Assembly (NCBI GenBank): GCA_964057225.1
Contig: OZ059898.1
Span: 12,958,001 to 13,022,000 of the forward strand
Reading direction: 5' to 3'
Origin: Auanema rhodensis
Lineage: Eukaryota; Animalia; Nematoda
Length of the DNA: 64,000 nt
The position numbers and the translations under genes are program-made. Each line of letters starts with the position of its first letter. The stretch's first letter is position 1. Shown here piece by piece: positions 26,268-37,180 of this stretch. The notes below the pieces were generated by a model. That model was not told where the DNA came from. It searched no databases and saw only the letters and a program-made list of their open reading frames with translations.

Positions 26268-27980
26268 ATGTTAAAAACGGATTCAAAAGAAGAAGATGCG
26301 ATACGTTTACGTCGTACTGTCATCATAGCTGTAAGTTTGAAGTGAAAGTTGCAAACTTTTTTTAAACTTTAATATATTAATTTATTCTTGAAACTTGAAC
26401 TCTTTACAGACTATTATATCAACTTTTGCTGTTTTCTCATCAATTATAACACTTCCATTAATATATACTTACTTACAAGCTTTGCAAACTCATATGGCTG
26501 AAGAGATGACATATTGCAGAGTAAGTTTGATACTAAAGTTTCAAAATTGTAGCATTTTAAATAGTTTACTGAATTATTAATTTCAAAAAAAATCTGCTCT
26601 GAAACTAACTTGAAACATAAAAAAACTTTTTTGCTGAGCAACATGTTCATTCAATTTAAATCTTGTCAGGCACAAACTAGGGATATGTGGATTGAAGTGT
26701 TTGCTGTAGAAGATAGTTTACGAGAAAATTCAAGAAATCTCTCTAAACGATCAACGTCACAGAATCCTGATGCTTCAGCTGCTAGAGTTAGACGTGAATG
26801 GTCCTTTGGTCAATGGATAGATAATAGAGTTGGAAACCCAGCCGACAACGTTGAGTCAATCGATCCTAAGACAGATAATGTGCAAAGGAAAATAAGTTAG
26901 AAATACAAAATGTTTGGTTGCTATAAATAAATCTTCAGACTATAAACGATTCGGAAGAGATGACACCGGTGCTTACCCAGACTATGGTGCCAAAACAGCT
27001 GCAATTGAGGATTTCGAACCAGCTTGTTTGAAATAATTTATCCTTTCCTTTTATTTATAGTATACATGTTAGGTTGTTCGTGTCAACAAGGTCCACCAGG
27101 TCCACCTGGACCTCCTGGAGATGAAGGGATGCCTGGTTTTGATGGCAAAGCAGGAATTGATGGACCGAATGGGCGCGATGGCCAGGTGAGATTAGTTCAA
27201 AAAGCATATCTTATGATGCAAGTAGATATATTTATCAGCCATTTCATGTTTTTTCAGCTTTTGCCGCCTTTGAATAATCCACCAGAACCATGTGTTATCT
27301 GCCCTCCCGGAGCCCCAGGAGCACCTGGAGCTATGGGACCGAAAGGACCGCCAGGGCCTAGGGGAACTCCAGGAATTCCAGGGCAGGTATGAAATCCTAT
27401 CCGATCCGACAATTGAATTTGACTATTGAGAATTTATTTTAAGTTGTTGAGCGTAAGAGAGCGGTTGTATTCTCAAAATAATTCAGTAACAAAGATTTAA
27501 TTGATTTTAAAATATTCCAGGATGGAAAGAAAGGAGAACCAGGAATGGCTGGACCTCCAGGACCAACTGGTCGTCCTGGTAGGGTTGGACCCAAAGGATC
27601 TAAAGGAGAAGATGGCCGCGTGATCATTGTCAGTTCAATACGTGTCGTTTATGTCCAGTTAATCTCAAAATTATGTATTCAGGTTGCTGGGCCGCCTGGA
27701 CCACCAGGAATTCCTGGAATACCAGGACCACCAGGAGTGAAGGGATTGAAAGGACCAGACGGAAAGCCTGGAAAACAGGGACCAGTAGGCTTACCAGGAG
27801 GTAAGTTCTCATTAAGCTGACCCCATCAACCATTAAAAACAACATTCTTTTTTAGACCCAGGACTACCAGGTCTCGATGGACGTGAAGGAGTTCGCGGTG
27901 AACGAGGCCCTGTTGGATTGCCTGGACAAGGAGGTACGTGCGATCATTGTCCGCCACCTAGACTACCTCCGGGATATTAA
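26268..27980 (+). CDS. Nematode cuticle collagen (Col_cuticle_N domain plus interrupted Gly-X-Y)
   Basis: N-terminal TM segment [23 protein letters not shown] followed by YCRAQTRDMW; RVRR subtilisin/furin site; [13 protein letters not shown]; [10 protein letters not shown]; C-terminus [14 protein letters not shown] (TAA 27978-27980). Confidence 0.96.
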
Positions 27981-28249
27981 TCTGATCTAACTACTTACTC
28001 CAAGATATTTTCTGTGCAATCAGATTAGCCTAAAGAGTTTTACGAAGTATACGATTGAAATTGTGAAATAGAAACTGACTAATATTACATCATAATTCAT
28101 TCCAAATCTTGTTTTCTGTCCTCATATTTTCCTTTATCTGTTATATCTTGCATATTTTAATCTTCAAATATGTTCTCAGAGTTCAAAAGTCTTTCAAATC
28201 TTAATAATATGTTTTTTTCTTCAAAGTTGTTTATTAAAAAAAAGTGAAA

Positions 28250-29239
28250 TTAGTAAGATGTGACAGGGCGGACTTCCATCCATTGCTTCAAAAGAGGAAT
28301 AGAAGTGACTTTCTTGAAGTGAGCCTTGACCTGAAAGCCAGAGAAATGAATTATCCATAGAAGATGAAGCATATTTCAATCAAATAAATTAAATTTTCTC
28401 AAATTTCATACCTCTGGGTAAGCATCAGCGTACTCAGGAATCAACCCAGTGAGAGTAAAGATGTGCTCAGCGAGAATGAGATCAGCAAAAGTGAGTTCAC
28501 CACCAGCCAAGAAACCTGAAATGATTTCATAAAGCAGGAAATAAGCAAAACAAACGTACCAGTTGTACTTTTCTTGAGATAGTTGGTCATGAAACGAAGA
28601 TATTTGTCACGAGCTGGTAACAAAACCTCATTCTTCGCTTGCTCCTGAAAAGAAAGGGTTGAACTTGCTCAAGATTTATGTTTTTTTTATGGAATTTGAC
28701 GAAACTGAGTTCTCGAGTATATATTAGAAATTCTCACCAATTCTTCTGGAGTATGGGGGAAAATTCCAACAGCTTTGTAATAGTAAGGCTTGATCTCAGT
28801 GTAGAAATCTTTGTATTGATCAGCGAGAGCATCAACGATAGCTTGCTCGTAAGAGCTCTTGCCATAGAAGCCTTAAGTTCATAGTTAACAGCCTAATTCA
28901 AGTTTCTGAAAACTTACCGTATTGTTTGGCGAGGTAACGAACAATAGCAAGAGATTGTGGAATCACTTGTCCGTCAACTTCAAGAATTGGCATTTGCTCG
29001 AATGGAAGAGCTGGAAGTAAACGCATGAAGTGATAAACTTTTATATCCAATACTTACTAGGTTTAACATTTTGCCACTGTTCAATAGGAACACGCTTATC
29101 TTCAAAGGGAATTTCAGCTAAGTGGAAAATCTATAACACATAACGCTCAAAATAATAATGAGAAACTGTAAAATGTTACCTGGCGAGCAATCTCACCAAA
29201 TCCACGTCCAGGGAAGTAAGTAAGCTTGTAGTTGACCAT
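28250..29239 (-). CDS. Glutathione S-transferase, sigma/nematode class, copy A
   Basis: MVNYKLTYFPGRGFGEIARQ|IFHLAEIPFEDKR...|LPFEQMPILEVDGQVIPQSLAIVRYLAKQY|GFYGKSSYEQAIVDALADQYKDF...GFLAGGELTFADL...LKQWMEVRPVTSY*; catalytic Tyr present. Confidence 0.96.
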
Positions 29240-30302
29240 AGCTATTTGAGAACTTGTATGAACCTATAACATATGCGATGAGGCACTGTATTAAATCATA
29301 TATATGATAAGGACACAAGGCATAATGAGAAAACCAGAGCCAGTTTTTGAACAGAATATTCTTGGTAAATCCGTGGCTTAGTGAGCGAAATCGCGAGTGA
29401 AAATAAATAGAAAAGAATAACAGAAATGATATTATAGTTCGATCAAAATGTGAACCACACAGAAATGTAAACTCTGAGTGTTCATATGTTAGAGTCTGGA
29501 TAATCAGACGAAGAGAGAAAAAAAAGAGAAAATGTGGCAAGTCATTGCTTGTCTAAATTGACTCTTACTGTTACTTCATCAGACATCGAGATTTAAACAT
29601 CTAGGAAAGTATGAAACTCGCATTTTTTCGCAAACTATTATTTACTTATATTTCGATAATAGAAAAAATATTGATTTAAGTCTTATGAGATTAAGAGAAA
29701 ACGAATAAAACATAACAACATCCAAATATATATAAAGTTAAAAGAAGATCTCGTTTATCCCTTACTGTGATTGGAATGAAATGAAGAAAAATATTTGATG
29801 ACACGCTGCTTCTCTACATATACAAATTCAAATAATATAAAGCTACATATACATATTATATTTGAAACAGTTTCACAGCTGGTAATAAGCTAATGAAGTA
29901 AAGTATATGAGAAAATACTTGTTGATATTCATAAACAAATTTCTCAATTTGTATTAAAATTTCAGTTTTTGTTCAAATTCAAATCACCCGTAAACGACTG
30001 TTAACTTTACATATATTTTGAAATAACTACGTGGAGAATGTAGTTTGTAGTCAAAGGAAATTTATAAACTTTAACTTCAGAGAAAGAAATGTTATTTGTT
30101 TAATATATTCTTGTTGATACAACTCTGTTGACTTTCTTGATAAGAAGGTTCGACTGAAATTGTATTCAAAAGGTTGCCATGAAATGTACTATAGGAGAAC
30201 TTGATGATGATAAAGCTTACAAGTAAGTAAAAGAAAACAATATTTTTGTTAAAAAATCTAATCATTATTTGAAGGCCAATTGTTCTAACTAATCAAGCCT
30301 TG

Positions 30303-30354
30303 AATTTATGGTTGTGCAATTGACGCTTAATTTATGGTTGTGCAATCGACGCTT
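30303..30354. repeat. 26-bp direct tandem duplication
   Basis: AATTTATGGTTGTGCAATTGACGCTT followed by AATTTATGGTTGTGCAATCGACGCTT (1 mismatch). Confidence 0.9.
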
Positions 30355-31235
30355 TACATATTTGAATACAACCGGATTAACCAAAAAAATCGTTAAAAAT
30401 GGCTTTTACACATTTTTTTCAAATTTGAAATTTATTTCTTATTTATGATTGAAAAACAAACATAATACCGGCTGTGACGAAATATTGATTATTCATAAAA
30501 GCATATTTTATGTATACTTGTTATGATCATTTCTGCAATCATCTTCATAATGTTTCAAGTTTCCCTACTATGTCTCTGTTATGAAATTTCACACGGAAGT
30601 ATTTTTTCCAGAAAATATTAAAAGAATTTTCAGCAAACAGGAAATTGTATATAATGTAAACAGCCTTTTGATTAACAGTGCTAAGTCAGTAGTACACGAA
30701 CCGCTAAGGTGTTGCTGATGTATTGCCAGGAGGTGCAAAAGAATCTGAATACTTCAAAGTATATATCTTTTATACAAATACACAAGAAAATAAAGAATTC
30801 TTTATTTGATTGGAAATAGCCTAGGGTTGTTGATGAGATGAGATGTACAGCACTTAGCAATGCCAATGGCTTCCTATAGTAAGCTGTATTAAGATCTGGT
30901 ACGCCAAATTTTTATCCAAACAAAATTATATAAAAATATTTCTTCCGTAATTTTTTTCAAAACACGTAGCTGCTCTCCTTTTTTATTGGAAATTATTATT
31001 TTCGCATTATTATTCATCATTTTTTCAACAATTATTTCATGATGACGTAAGAAATAATTTATAACTTTCGTCAAATGTTTTGATCTTATTTTTTGATTTT
31101 TTACTTGGAAAGAGAGAAATATTTTATTTCTTACTATGAAACTCTATAGTAACTATGATTGTTGTGCATATTGTAATGCTTAAAAATATTTGTTCTTCCT
31201 TGATGCACTTTATTAAAAAAAAAAAAGAAAAAAAA

Positions 31236-32223
31236 TTAAAAATTGGTAACTGGGCGAGTCTCGATCCATTGCTTCAAAAGAGGAATAGAAGTGACTTTCT
31301 TGAAGTGAGCCTTGACCTGAAAGCCAGAGAAATGAATTATCCATAGAAGATGAAGCATATTTCAATCAAATAAATTAAATTTTCTCAAATTTCATACCTC
31401 TGGGTAAGCATCAGCGTACTCAGGAATGAACCCAGTGAGAGTAAAGATGTGCTCAGCGAGAATGAGATCAGCAAAAGTGAGTTCACCACCAGCCAAGAAA
31501 CCTGAAAAGTTTGAATGAGTGATTACAGAAAGATGATTTTCTATTACCGCTTGAACTTTTCTTGAGATAGTTGGTCATGTAACGAAGATATTTTTCACGA
31601 GCTGGGAACAAAATTTCATTCTTCGCTTGCTCCTGAAACAACAACGATGAACCAAGTATTAACAAAATGAAAATTGAATTAATTTAACATTTGAATGAAG
31701 TCATACCAATTCTTCTGGAGTATGGGGGAACACTCCAATTGCCTTGTAGTAATACTGCTTGATCTCAACGTAGAAATCCTTGTATTGATCAGCGAGAGCA
31801 TCAACAATAGCTTGCTCGTAAGGGCATTTTCCATAGTAGCCTTCAAGTAGTTAGGTTCAAGTTCACGCCAAAGATAAGGTAACATTTCTGAAAACTTACC
31901 GTATTGTTTGGCGAGGTAACGAACAATAGCAAGAGATTGTGGGATCACTTGTCCGTCAATTTCAAGAATTGGCATTTGCTCGAATGGAAGAGCTGAAAGT
32001 AAACGCATGAAGTGATAAGCTCTAATATCCCAAGCTCACTATTCTTAATGGATGCCCATTTGTCCATAGGAACACGGTTATCCTCGAATGGAACCTCAGC
32101 AAGATGGAAGATCTGGAAAAATTAGAAGATGAATGACTACGCTACATGAACGTCTGAAGATACCTGGCGAGCAATCTCACCAAGACCACGTCCAGGGAAG
32201 TAAGTAAGCTTGTAGTTGACCAT
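31236..32223 (-). CDS. Glutathione S-transferase, sigma/nematode class, copy B (tandem paralogue)
   Basis: Same exon structure as copy A: MVNYKLTYFPGRGLGEIARQ|IFHLAEVPFEDNRVPMDKWASIKN...LPFEQMPILEIDGQVIPQSLAIVRYLAKQY...WIETRPVTNF*. Confidence 0.96.
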
Positions 32224-33524
32224 TGCTATTTGAGAACTTGTATGAACCTATAACATATGCGATGCGTTGCTCTATATATACTCAGTAGGTTCATTGAATA
32301 AAAACCAGTTCTTGAACAGAATATTCTCGTTCTATCTGTGCTGCTTTGTTCTTGCATAACTTGCACACAAACTCAGTGAAATCATGGTGGAAATAAATAG
32401 AAAATTATGGTGAAATGATGGAAAAATGATGACAAATAAAAGAGACAAAGTTACATTCATTCAAAAAAATTGACATGGCGAAGAGACATCTCAAGAGAGA
32501 TAGAGAAAGAAAGACGATTGGCCAGCGCGAATAATAACTGCCTAGGAGAGTCGGGCATGGCTGTCTCTGCTTGCCTGTGGTCTACAGCACTTGGGCGTTG
32601 TGGTAGCCCTATACTACCTCAACATCTTTTGTTCCTGCTTTTCCCTCTCATTCTATACTACACATCAGTATTTTTCCCCAATGAACCTTGAACAATGTAT
32701 TTGGCTCCGCCTTTAGTACTATCACTTAGTTCTTTTTCTTAATATAGTTTGTAATTGTCCAACAACTGTGCAAAGAAGTGCAGAAGTGAGAGTAACAACA
32801 ATCATATTCATACTAGACTCAAAGAACATCCGTGATAAAACATCGGGTGATGATAATACAAAAACAGTCGATCAAATGGTTCAGCATAGGGCTAGTTAGA
32901 GACATAGAGACCAATGAATTCGATCTAGGCAATAGCTATGCAATTGTCCGATTCATTTTCGGCCTTGTGTACAATTATTTTTGAAAAAGAGAGGCACATC
33001 AATTCATGTGGTAACGGGATGATGTTTTTCCGTTTTTCAATCCTTTTGAAGGTCAAAAAACAAAAAGAGAGAGAGAGAGAAATAGAACACCAGATTGAGT
33101 CAGAAATGACGTGGTAACGCTCTTGAACCTCTTGCCGTTTTTTCATAAAATATTGAGAATTAAGGGGGTAAAATGTTGTTACAACTACTTTTTCAAAAAA
33201 GATTTGAAAATAAATAATATGCGTACAACAAAAATTGAAAGATTTATCACCGTTTATAATACAGAATTCAAACATCAGAGACCTACAATCACATAAAGTT
33301 ATAGTTGAACTCTGTAACAATACGAAGAGAAAGAACTAAGAAGGGAAATAGAAGAAGAAGAAGAAGAAGAAGAAGAAGGAAAAGAAGAAGAAGACGAACA
33401 AATCGAAGTGATAAGAGGAAATGATTTAGAATAATTGAATATTTTCTTCAAATTTTGAAATAAAAAAGATATTTTTAGAATATTGATAGAATGAATATTC
33501 ATTTCATATGTAATCCAATGTATT

Positions 33525-33526
<2 letters not shown>

Positions 33527-33572
<46 letters not shown>
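33527..33572. repeat. (TA)n microsatellite
   Basis: Perfect TA run of about 23 units. Confidence 0.9.
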
Positions 33573-33576
<4 letters not shown>

Positions 33577-33791
33577 CTATAATTCATCAGTGGTTCCTTA
33601 TTATGATTATCGCTGTAGTTCTTAGTATGTATTTTTAAATTTGTTATTGTGATTAGATTCATATGTGTATTTGCCAAAAGTTGAACTTTAAAGAATAAAA
33701 AAAATGAATTTAATAGTTCTAGAGGATAATTTACTACAACAATCACTTTGACATCAAAGAAACATAAAAATTAAAATACAATAACCCGAAT

Positions 33792-34569
33792 TCAGTATTT
33801 ACTTCCTGTTTTTCCCATTGCTGTAGCTGTTCCAGTCCTCGTAGTACCCGCAGCTGTTAAGCCGGAGGTGAACGCGGTTGTTGTTGCACCTCCTATAGTT
33901 GTCGTTTTTCCTCCACTTTTTCCTTTGCTACTGCTACCGCCACCGCTGCTCATATTACCCATGATGTCGCAGACGTATTCCACATAGCGACAGTCAGTTG
34001 CTCCAAGTATTCTCCATTGAATCTGAACTTTGTGATAAGTTTTATGTAGCAAGAAAGGGCATAGCATCGATAATGTTCTACCTTGGATAATCTTTTCTTA
34101 TTCAAGTATACACCTGTAGCATTTGCGAATCCATATATCACGAGCAAAGCCATAATACTAGCAATGCCTAATGCAGCGCCGTGAACATGAAGATTTACTG
34201 CTTTTAGAGCTGAAAACAATGTGATAAGTTCATTGATATGCTCAAGTTATAAATACCTAATGTTCCTGAAATGGTTTATAATGAATACATTAAAGCACTG
34301 AAATCAACCACAATTGATTTGGAAAATAATTAATTTATCCGACCTATTTCTTTCAAATATTGTTGTTTTCTAACAATTCGTTTTTGATTTCTGAATCTTG
34401 TTTACCTGGTCGAGGATGATTACTCTTATCAGCCGCAGCGAAGCACATTGTAATTGTTGCTAGTATAAAGATCCGCAACACATGATGACTTAAAAGTAAT
34501 TACTCAAGTATTTGAAATTCAAGTTGCAAAATATTTTTTCTCAAAACGTTTTATAAAGACATACCACAT
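33792..34569 (-). CDS. Small single-pass membrane protein with signal peptide and Gly/Thr/Ser-rich cytoplasmic tail
   Basis: MC|HHVLRIFILATITMCFAAADKSNHPRP...|(GTL microexon 34257-34265)|ALKAVNLHVHGAALGIASIMALLVIYGFANATGVYLNKKRLSK|IQWRILGATDCRYVEYVCDIMGNMSSGGGSSSKGKSGGKTTTIGGATTT...KY*. Confidence 0.7.
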
Positions 34570-34752
34570 TTTCCCTATTTTCATAGAAGTACAACCTATT
34601 TTTGAAAAAAATATTTCAGAATGACGTTGGTGTTAGATTATCACTACGTGGAATTTACGTGTACTGTATAATGAACAACTTTACGAGCTTTATAATCGAC
34701 CATTTTTACAAGCAATATGTTTATAGTGCATAATATTGTTAATTACATATTT

Positions 34753-35797
34753 TCAAATAAAAAAAACAACAAGAAACAATAACAAATTCAAGCTCATGCT
34801 TATATTTGCTGAATTCAATTGACATCCAGGTAATAAAGCTTCCGTCGGTCTCACAATCAGCTCACGAATAAGCTGCCAAGCTCTGTAACCACATTCGTAT
34901 CGTACTGGATGTCGTACACAATCGACGTAGTTTCTCATGGCTCTGAAATTAATAGAAAAGGTCTTGGTTGATTTTAGAAAAATTATGCTCACCCGCATGC
35001 TGCAGCATTTCGCGTGCTGATGTCACTTTTTTGCGGAACTTTACGAGTATCAGCAACCATTTCAGCTTGACATTGCATCATTTCAGCTCTTGTTAAAGTT
35101 TTCGTGAAACAGTCAAAGTTTCTCATCAATTCTTAACAATTGTTTGAATGAGAAAGAAAAAATTAAACGAACAAACCTCCATAACCATCTCGACATATAA
35201 AATCAAGAACTTTCAAAGCTGCATCGTATCGGAATCTAGCTTTGGAACTATCAAAGCATACATCTTTGTATGGCTCTATACATAAGTCAAAGATGAAGAA
35301 ATTACTGAAATAAGGTTTAATGCTGATTTTCAATATCTTACTTACTCGCAAACATCACTGAAATATTCTCGAGTCTTGCTCATAAAATGTTGCCACGATA
35401 AGCTTCCACCATCTTCAGCTAAGGCTCCCACTTTGTACAAAGGATCAGCACATTGTCTAACCCTTTCTTGTTCTTTTGGTCCACATTCTCTTGAAATCCT
35501 TTCATCTGCAGATTGCATGACAAGTCCATGAGGAGGAGAACCTATAACAGCTGTGAACGGCACAGTTAAGTTTTTATCCTGGAAGAATATCATGATACTT
35601 GAAGGTTAAGCTGATAAACTTACACCAAGTTGAACGTAATTCATAGGACCAGGTGATTGAATATAGGGGATAAAAATCTGAGATTGTTGTGCGAGTTGAT
35701 TCAAAGGTTGTTGATAATGAAAATCGTCATAGAGACTTTGAGCTTGAGTTGCAAAACATAATAAAGCTGTCAAAAAGGAAAAAGTGACTGTACACAT
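34753..35797 (-). CDS. Secreted, probably GPI-anchored Cys-rich protein (DUF19/CPG4-like domain)
   Basis: Signal peptide MCTVTFSFLTALLCFATQA. Cys spacing ECG...QCADPL...DVC|...LCIEPYKDVC...LDFICRD...FDC...QCQ...AC|AMRNYVDCVRHPVRYECG...LPGC. Hydrophobic C-terminal tail NSANISMSLNLLLFLVVFFI*. Confidence 0.85.
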
Positions 35798-36353
35798 TGA
35801 GCTAGTGGAATATGCTTAAGTAAGCTTTTGAAATTAGCTAGTTGCTGATTTCTGAAGTTTTCACTAATGGTATCTAAGAAGCTGGACTAAACAGCTAAAT
35901 GCCCAAAGACTGAAATCAGGTAAGAGCGATTGAGAGATTTGGATAAGTGGATGACGAAGAAGGAGGGTCCCATAAGCAAGAAGATTGGTTCTAGCTTATG
36001 TTTGCTTATTATGACACATGTCATTCGGCTTCCGCGTATGGTCAACCTATTAACGCCAAACTCAATCAGACACGAAGAACTATATAGTTTCTCTTTTCTG
36101 CTCGGTTTGTATATGGAGTAGTAGCATATAATCATTGGTTATCTAATTGGTTAGAGAAGAAGACTAGCGGGAGAGATTAGGAGGGAAATGAGAAGATACA
36201 ACGAAGCAAGGTAACCAAGATGATAGAAGCTATTCTTTCCTTTCATATACACACACATAGAGTCAACGAACTGTCTATTTAAACGATTTATAACGATGAT
36301 GACAATCTTCTGAATCTGCGATATGACGTATGTTTGTCTCAATACTAAATCCT

Positions 36354-36761
36354 TCATAATATATTTGAAATCTCCAATATTACATCACCAGCATTCACTT
36401 TGTCGCCAACATTTTTGTGAATTGACCGGATATATCCACAGTTATCCTATAATTAATTAATAATATTTTTGATGTTTATTGAATAGAAGACGCCAACCAA
36501 TATATCATGAGTTACATCAACTTTCATGGTGTTTATCACAAACCCTGGTTGGGATTTTGTCACTTGCTGATCCGGTTTTACCTAAAATAAACTTACATAT
36601 TCCAAAAATTACATCAATACTTACAAGAATTTCGGTTAGAATTCCTGAATTCATAGCTATTACCTTACGAATTTTCTGAAATACGATCTTGGTTTAAAGC
36701 CTCTTTATACATGTAATACCTCATTTTCACTTAATTTATTTGTCAAATCAGCTCCAGTCAT
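36354..36761 (-). CDS. Stand-alone biotinyl/lipoyl-attachment domain microprotein (89 aa, BCCP-like)
   Basis: Four exons (36761-36720, 36675-36625, 36581-36498, 36446-36354) joined by three phase-0 GT-AG introns of 43-51 nt give MTGADLTNKLSENE|KIRKVIAMNSGILTEIL|VKPDQQVTKSQPGFVINTMKVDVTHDIL|DNCGYIRSIHKNVGDKVNAGDVILEISNIL*. By eye this follows the biotinyl-domain pattern (V.APMPG.V..I.VK.GD.V..GQ...EAMKM...G.I..I...GD.V..GD.L.EI). Confidence 0.85.
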
Positions 36762-37180
36762 CTTCCTGGTTCGGTGTTGACTAGAATTTTGAGGATGAAA
36801 ACGAGACTGGGTAGGTCAAACTAAGATTTCCCGCTATTAGTACAAGATAAAGAAAATTAATTGCCAATTGTCAAACAGACTATATGTAATAGTATCAAAA
36901 CAAATTTATTGTCAATTTGAAAACTTTCACAACAATGGGTAAAATGAGAGCATATATCATAGTCACGGGAAACAGCTATAACGTTCAAAAATCATCCAGG
37001 GTATAGCTCAAGGCTTATGATATTTTGCAAATTTTTAAAGCTCCTGATCGAAACGTAACTCTGAATGGAGATGCTAAACTTGGGATGAGACTTAAGCATT
37101 ATGGCCGTAGAAAGTAATTTTCTGTATTACTTAAGATTGATAATCAGCTTCAGTAACAATAATAAACAGGATTAGTATAT

